Shown here: one piece after another, positions 58,805-64,000 of the stretch
Layout of the letters: each line of letters opens with the position of its first letter
Position numbering within the stretch: position 1 is the stretch's first letter
Virus record (IMG/VR): IMGVR_UViG_3300033984_000473
Location: 62,001-126,000 of that record
Direction: 5' to 3' (one strand)
Length of the DNA: 64,000 nt
Notes under the pieces: generated by a model
Told to the model about the DNA's origin: nothing
Database searches by the model: none
The model's input: only the letters and a program-made list of their open reading frames with translations
Translations under genes and position numbers: made by a program

Positions 58805-58902
58805 CAACTATCACCATGTCGCTCGGCAAAGCTAAACGTAATAGAAAGGATTATAACCGTCTGAAAGTTTGCCGACCTTCATGTTGCTATTCCCCAATTT
58901 TG

Positions 58903-59001
58903 TGCGAGAGGGTGGATTCGAACCACCGACACCTAGTCCCTAGTTGTTCCCTTGTACTTTGGGCTAAAGACCTTAGCGTTTACCAACTTCGCCACTCTCG
59001 C
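58903..59001 (-). tRNA. tRNA-Leu(TAG)-like with insertion in the anticodon loop (99 nt)
   Basis: Perfect acceptor GCGAGAG/CTCTCGC, Leu-type D-arm, TT-TAG followed by extra hairpin CCC..GGG. Confidence 0.65.
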
Positions 59002-59114
59002 AGTTTCTAGTCTTTCCCAGTGTCAACCATTGCAGTATGAAGAGTGCACATCGTCATTGCCAATTACCATAGTTTGTATACAGTGACCATAGGGCTTAAC
59101 CGTTGGATTTCTTG

Positions 59115-59188
59115 TGGAAGTAACGGGACTCTAACCCGTGTTCTCGCAGCTACAGCCGCTTTATACTATACTATTGTACTATACTCCC
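59115..59188 (-). tRNA. atypical tRNA (GTA in shortened loop; G3-U70 acceptor)
   Basis: GGGAGTA/TACTTCC-A; T-loop TTAGAGT is non-canonical. Confidence 0.5.
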
Positions 59189-59420
59189 ATTTGATTACTA
59201 CCAGCAACGAGTAACATATATCCGAATCATTAGCATCACGGAGCGTCTTTCTTTGTTACCCTACTCTCGGTGTCGCTAACGCCTCATGTCAAGTAGTAAT
59301 CTTCGTCTTTCCGAATTGTCAAGATATTTTCAGACACATTGTCCAAGACTGCTTCTCAATCAGCTAAGCACCTTATACGTCAGAGGATTACGCTTAGATT
59401 TACCTCTCGAACAGGCTTCG

Positions 59421-59624
59421 TGGTTAGAACAGGAATCGAACCTGTGTGTAATTATAGTCGCTTAGTCGACACCATTTGACTGGGACATAAGGTTTTATTA
59501 TTATTACGACTTTTATTGGGTTGATGAATGTTACACCTGTTTACACGACTTGTCCACTAACTCATCTCATCGGCAACCCATTACTTAACCTTGTTAATTA
59601 GCAATTCCATTCTGCCATCTAACC
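59421..59624 (-). ncRNA. 204-nt tRNA-like RNA with about 150-nt structured insert
   Basis: GGTTAGA/TCTAACC-A, D-arm GCAGAATGGAATTGC, T-arm ACAGG-TTCGATT-CCTGT; internal stems AAGGTT/AACCTT, TGGGTTG/CAACCCA. Confidence 0.65.
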
Positions 59625-59813
59625 ATTTGGGTGCTACCTTTAGCATCGGTCAACACACCCTCATGTTATTTTTGTTTCTGTATTAGGCTAGGAAACTCCT
59701 TTCTTTGGAAATAAGCCGTACTTTAATATGGTTTAACTTTTAACACCTCTATTTTGCAACCAGTTTCATAACTATCCAAACTGTTCTCCATAGTGGAGTA
59801 CCAAAGCGACTTG

Positions 59814-59864
59814 TGGTAAGGATGGGACTCGAACCCACAATCTCTGGCTTATGACCACCAGCGA
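59814..59864 (-). pseudogene. orphan 3' half of a tRNA-Met(CAT)-like gene
   Basis: CTGGT-GGTCATAA-GCCAG, T-arm GTGGG-TTCGAGT-CCCAT, CCTTACC-A; matching 5' strand not found. Confidence 0.5.
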
Positions 59865-60128
59865 ATACTTTTCTTTCTAATGCTAGGAACCTTGTTATCG
59901 GGTTACGTACCCCTCAAATTAAAAACTAAAATTTCAAACAAAAGAACTTCCAATCATTCTTCCTTACGAACGGTTTTGTTTAAGAACTTTTCCTCATAGC
60001 ACCATGACAATTCATGGGTATTAAAACCGCCAAACTGGGGGTTAGCTATAAGTAAAAGCCATGTGATTAATTAGGACACCATTTCTGGGATATCATTCTA
60101 CTTTCTTTCAACCACATATTTAACTTAG

Positions 60129-60294
60129 TAGATAAGGCAAGATTTGAACTTGCACCGCCAAGCTAGCCACGCTCGGATTGAGTGTTTAACGAGCTATCCC
60201 CAATTGCTCCAAGCCGTTATGTGTCTACTAATTTAAGATTCTCCCAGAACCACCACTTCTAATGAAGTCAGCTTAGCTTTTCCACCACTTATCT
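60129..60294 (-). ncRNA. 166-nt tRNA-like RNA lacking a D stem, long insert
   Basis: AGATAAG/CTTATCT-A, helix GCTAAGC/GCTTGGC, T-arm GCAAG-TTCAAAT-CTTGC. Confidence 0.6.
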
Positions 60295-60629
60295 AATTCT
60301 TGTCACCTATACAAATCGGTGAGTAGCGTACATGCACGAGAATGGAAGCATCTGCTCATCTCTTTAGGAACTTGTACTCCCTACTATTTACGGCATAGTT
60401 GCCAGTGCTACCTCTTAATTAACATACGTCATTTGTATTTGACTAATAGTGGATAGACATACCAAGTCTAATTGGTTTTGATTACACTCTCAGCCGCTAA
60501 GCTTTGTGTCACTTGCCAGACCTTACTGGCATTATTAGTGGTCCCACTATCTGTTAACCTCGAACAAAAAAAATCATCATGTGCAGAATCCCACTGCAAG
60601 TGCCAGTTCATAAACTGACTAAATTAGCG

Positions 60630-60723
60630 TGGAGAAGAGAGGATTCGAACCTCTACAAGCCGCTAAGCTATCAGCCATGACCTTCCTTGGGACTCGAACC
60701 CAACTTCCATCCAAAGCTTCTCC
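60630..60723 (-). ncRNA. 94-nt tRNA-like RNA with two T-arms
   Basis: GGAGAAG/CTTCTCC-A enclosing TTGGG-TTCGAGT-CCCAA and AGAGG-TTCGAAT-CCTCT. Confidence 0.6.
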
Positions 60724-60951
60724 AGTAATTACACATCCATCAAGATTGGGATTCCGAAGTAAGTAACTTAATCCTACCAGTTAATCATACTCAACAACCA
60801 TATTACTTCTTGTAGTAAACGCAATTTCTATACTAGCTTGCACAAAATCTAGTTATTTAACGTGCTTTATAGAATCTACTTGTTTGTCTTTCTATGCGTA
60901 ATTATAATACAAAGGTACTACCTTTTTATTTGATATGCAAGTTTTTTGCAA

Positions 60952-61803
60952 TTAATTTCTATTCAAAAGAATATTTGATGAAGAACCGAATACGTTGTTT
61001 GAACCGTATGGTGATTTACCCTTTTCTGCCCAAATTCTTTCAGTTTCTGCTCTATATAATTCTAACAACTTAGGTTGTGATAAAATCTCTTTCGTTTTAG
61101 CATCGTAGATAGCCGCTTCATAGTTACCTTTAGCCAAAGCTACTTTCTTCAAAGCTGTTTGTTCTGCTTGTACAGTTTGTGATTTAATCGTAGCCGTTTC
61201 TTGCAATACCGCAATCTTTCTTTCAATCGCTTGTTTATAAGATGGTGGCAATGCCATTTTCAAGATAGCAATATTGGTCAAGGTGAAACCTTCTTTCTCC
61301 AAAGATGCTGATAATGTTTTAGTTACATTTGCTTCATAAACATTTCTATGTTGTAATAAGCTATCAGATGCAAACATAGTAGCGTTGTCTAATAATTCTT
61401 TTCTAACAATTGTTCTAACTCTCGTATTAATTAAATCTTCCATCCCAACTCTATACTTGATGAATAAATCAGATGCTTTTGCTCTCTGTAATTGTAAGTT
61501 AACCGCTACATCTAATCCGAATGTTGCTCCATCTGCTGATGTTACATCAATATGTTCATCTGTTGGTGAATCTTCATCTACTGCTGATGTCCAAACCTTG
61601 TGTTGAACTGATGTTGGATACATAAACACGTCTTGTGTTGGTGGGAAATAAAAGATAAAACCAGAAGCCATTTCAATATTCGGAACCCCTTTGTCATTCC
61701 CAATCTGGTCAACGACCAATGCAACTTCTGCTGAGTCTGCTGTTGTACACGATGTAACACTCATTAATAATACCAACGATAATAATCCTAATAGTTTTTT
61801 CAT
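60952..61803 (-). CDS. SPFH/prohibitin (band 7) family lipoprotein
   Basis: Lipobox-like VTSC; TSADGATFGLDV, VRTIVR, coiled-coil AIERK..AEQ. Confidence 0.9.
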   Translation of the reverse strand: MKKLLGLLSLVLLMSVTSCTTADSAEVALVVDQIGNDKGVPNIEMASGFIFYFPPTQDVFMYPTSVQHKVWTSAVDEDSPTDEHIDVTSADGATFGLDVAVNLQLQRAKASDLFIKYRVGMEDLINTRVRTIVRKELLDNATMFASDSLLQHRNVYEANVTKTLSASLEKEGFTLTNIAILKMALPPSYKQAIERKIAVLQETATIKSQTVQAEQTALKKVALAKGNYEAAIYDAKTKEILSQPKLLELYRAETERIWAEKGKSPYGSNNVFGSSSNILLNRN

Positions 61804-61804
61804 T

Positions 61805-62011
61805 TTACTTTTTTGTTTTTGTTTTTGTTTTTAAATTTAGTTTGAAATTTGTGAATACTTTTGTTTTAATGATAACAATCACTAACGTTACCAATCCGAT
61901 AATTCCAGTAATGTTTAGTAATGTATTTGCTTTGCTTATTAATGGTAGCAAATTCATAATAGCGATTAAGCTTAGAAATATACCTAACGGTATCGTGTAA
62001 TAGTTTTTCAT
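61805..62011 (-). CDS. small membrane protein
   Basis: Two TM segments; upstream of SPFH gene; start corrected. Confidence 0.7.
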   Translation of the reverse strand: MKNYYTIPLGIFLSLIAIMNLLPLISKANTLLNITGIIGLVTLVIVIIKTKVFTNFKLNLKTKTKTKK

Positions 62012-62056
62012 ATTGTTTGTTTTTATTATAATACAAAGGTACAACCTTTTTTTTTA

Positions 62057-63103
62057 TTATGCAAGTATTTTTTCTAAAATTTCTTCTTTTTTATAATCTT
62101 TTTCTAAAGACTTGGCAAAGAATACTTTATCAGTAGTCATACCTTCTGTTAATTCAGCTAATTCTATGTTACCATCTAGTATTTCTAGACGTTTTGCGTA
62201 GGATGGGCCAGTTATTTCCCTAACGAACTTCATTCTAGACGGTCTATTCTTGATTGAATCATCGATTTTTTCGATATCATTACATGACATAACGAACAAA
62301 ACCTTGTTATACTCATTGTAAACTCCATCTAAGATACTTAATATAACGTCAAACGTAAATTTTACTTCATTATTCTTCATCAAACATGTTCTTTTATCGA
62401 AATAGTTATCAAAATCTTCAAATAATACGATACAATTCTCTGGTACATCGTTAAACATCACCAATATATCCAAGTTATTATACTCTGGGTTAAGATAAAT
62501 CGAATATATCGGTAAATTATACTTAAGAGAGAAGTATTTTACTAGTCTAGTCTTACCAGTTCCAGGAACACCATGTAATAAAGCACTTGTTTTACCACCG
62601 TTTTTTAGCATATTGACAACATCATTCTCTATATCACTATATTGTTCGTTATCTATATACACTTTAGGTACTTCTCTAGTATATATCTGCCCTAACTTAT
62701 CTGACCCCCATGGTGTCAACGCCATAACATTGACATGTTCCTCGTTGTTGACTATAGAGTGTATGAATTTCTCTACCTTATCTCTATGCCATCTTAAAAA
62801 ATATAGCTCAGATATGATTTCTTTGGACTGCCAACCAGCTGTAAGCAAACGCTCACTTCTAGAAAACAAAACTGGAATACCATTTACGATAGCAAAAGCC
62901 GAATAAGTAGATGGGTATTTTTTGTTAACAGTAATCTCGTTAACCAACTCAAACTTATATTTCGCACCTTTAACCAATGGTATTATCAACTTGCTCAAAT
63001 TGTTATCAAGTCTTGTATTTTGTGACACAAGATATTTCATTGCAGCCCAAATAGAAACCAATACACTTAATAAAACTCCAAATATTCCTAATAATCCTGT
63101 CAT
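62057..63103 (-). CDS. membrane-anchored AAA+ ATPase (BCS1-like)
   Basis: Walker A GVPGTGKT, Walker B VLFEDFD, ILDG, NRPSR; N-terminal TM. Confidence 0.85.
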   Translation of the reverse strand: MTGLLGIFGVLLSVLVSIWAAMKYLVSQNTRLDNNLSKLIIPLVKGAKYKFELVNEITVNKKYPSTYSAFAIVNGIPVLFSRSERLLTAGWQSKEIISELYFLRWHRDKVEKFIHSIVNNEEHVNVMALTPWGSDKLGQIYTREVPKVYIDNEQYSDIENDVVNMLKNGGKTSALLHGVPGTGKTRLVKYFSLKYNLPIYSIYLNPEYNNLDILVMFNDVPENCIVLFEDFDNYFDKRTCLMKNNEVKFTFDVILSILDGVYNEYNKVLFVMSCNDIEKIDDSIKNRPSRMKFVREITGPSYAKRLEILDGNIELAELTEGMTTDKVFFAKSLEKDYKKEEILEKILA

Positions 63104-63104
63104 A

Positions 63105-63335
63105 TTAGCATCTTAATGTTACTCCATCACTATCTTTACTCGGAAACGATGGTGCTGAATGTGTTTGGTTTAATTCTAATTGATGTTCTGGACCACCCAT
63201 GCTTGGGTCAATCTCATGCTTGAATACAAGATTCAAGTGTCTTTTAATCATTTCGGTTTCCACCTTCCCAATTTGAACTGGGTCTGAAACTTCGAAGTAT
63301 CCTTGAAGCCAGAATGCAAAATCTCTGCTTGTCAT
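63105..63335 (-). CDS. hypothetical phage protein
   Basis: FAFWLQGYFE..IKRHLNLVFKHEIDP. Confidence 0.8.
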   Translation of the reverse strand: MTSRDFAFWLQGYFEVSDPVQIGKVETEMIKRHLNLVFKHEIDPSMGGPEHQLELNQTHSAPSFPSKDSDGVTLRC

Positions 63336-63448
63336 AGTTATTGTTTTATATAGTTTTCATTTGAATCCAACACATACTCAATTAGAGTACCGCTATTTTT
63401 AATAATAAAGTTGGTTTTCTAGCGTATGGTCCTAAGTTATGTGCAAGG

Positions 63449-63631
63449 CTACTCCCCGACATAAGTCCACTTGAAATATAGGTTTACATAATCAAGTCCT
63501 GGTGCTACCGTAACATTATCTAAATACATATCCGATACGTCTCCAGCGTTCTTTTCAGTTTCTTGCGTAAACACTATATCATAATGCTCTGGAAACTCTT
63601 CTAAAATTGCTAATAATTCTTTCTTTGTCAT
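63449..63631 (-). CDS. hypothetical protein
   Basis: Operon context. Confidence 0.65.
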   Translation of the reverse strand: MTKKELLAILEEFPEHYDIVFTQETEKNAGDVSDMYLDNVTVAPGLDYVNLYFKWTYVGE

Positions 63632-63761
63632 TTTGTTTTTAAATTTAATTCAGTGCTGATAATCCGCCCAGCACATAACAGCGGTTTTGCGTCAGTCTTT
63701 CTATTATAGTCATTCCAGAATGTATCATCTGGATTATAACTTGGATATTTATTACTCATTG

Positions 63762-63944
63762 TTAACCAAATTTAGGTTCTTGATGAACCACGTTAATATT
63801 TGGTTTTGTTTTTTTGACTGGCTTCTCGTAGTTTGGTAAGTAATCACCAAATTCTCTAAGCATATTTACCTTAGCTATGTAATGATATTTTATTTCAACA
63901 TCAAAGTCTTTAGCTAGGATATTCCAAGCTGTACCTTTTGTCAT
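63762..63944 (-). CDS. hypothetical protein
   Basis: Operon context. Confidence 0.55.
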   Translation of the reverse strand: MTKGTAWNILAKDFDVEIKYHYIAKVNMLREFGDYLPNYEKPVKKTKPNINVVHQEPKFG

Positions 63945-64000
63945 ACCTTTATTAACCTTGCTAACTTTGGTCCAATCAGTAATATTACATTTAGCGTTGT

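Larger units (their letters stand above)
28990..62045 (-). promoter_or_regulatory. about 25-30 further promoters, mostly the TACCTTTG variant, heading short operons
   Basis: Plus-strand tacaaaggta at e.g. ~29025, 31472, 34372, 38356, 42362, 47388, 57787, 62033. Confidence 0.8.

Noticed and set aside
58500-60900. Canonical or permuted tmRNA
   Set aside because: No element combines G3-U70, ~350-nt length and a recognisable tag frame
7778-62044. Shared N-terminal peptides MYSNQ/MYSNL/MYLC in many ORF-track proteins
   Set aside because: Artefact: the promoter motif itself reads TTG-TAC-TCT-AAT or ATG-TAC-CTT-TGT; true ATGs lie downstream and were corrected
1-64000. Stop-codon reassignment (TAG or TGA read-through)
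   Set aside because: Recognisable genes are full length in code 11 and TAG/TGA act as normal ends; no suppressor anticodon seen

Overview
64 kb of a large AT-rich phage genome, most likely infecting Bacteroidota (Flavobacteriia-like). Phage identity is inferred from about 135 short, mostly minus-strand orphan ORFs plus phage-type accessory genes; no structural genes are in the window. Host is inferred from roughly 75-80 copies (counted by eye) of the Bacteroidota promoter TTTG-N~20-TAnnTTTG and SD-less TAAAA leaders. Recognisable genes: Pol-beta-like nucleotidyltransferase, SprT-like protease, OMP-like protein, glucosaminidase, DUF932, GP88-like, ADP-ribosylglycohydrolase, ParB-N/DGQHR-like, pyrimidine-dimer glycosylase, HNH, RpoD-like sigma, SmpB, metallophosphoesterase, SPFH and an AAA ATPase. 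The most interesting signals are non-coding: (1) nine dispersed promoter-driven ~70-nt elements with an invariant AGTAGACTCC core and a covarying hairpin; (2) ten tRNA-like RNAs, none fully canonical, several with the anticodon arm replaced by long inserts and one with two T-arms, mostly clustered next to smpB; (3) two perfect host-type parS sites; (4) a 4-27 kb array of single-gene cassettes with fused terminator/promoter hairpins; (5) a recurrent TGTACACAATTGTGTACA palindrome; (6) a strand-skew switch with a G-quadruplex motif near 3 kb. Functions of these elements are inferred, not demonstrated.
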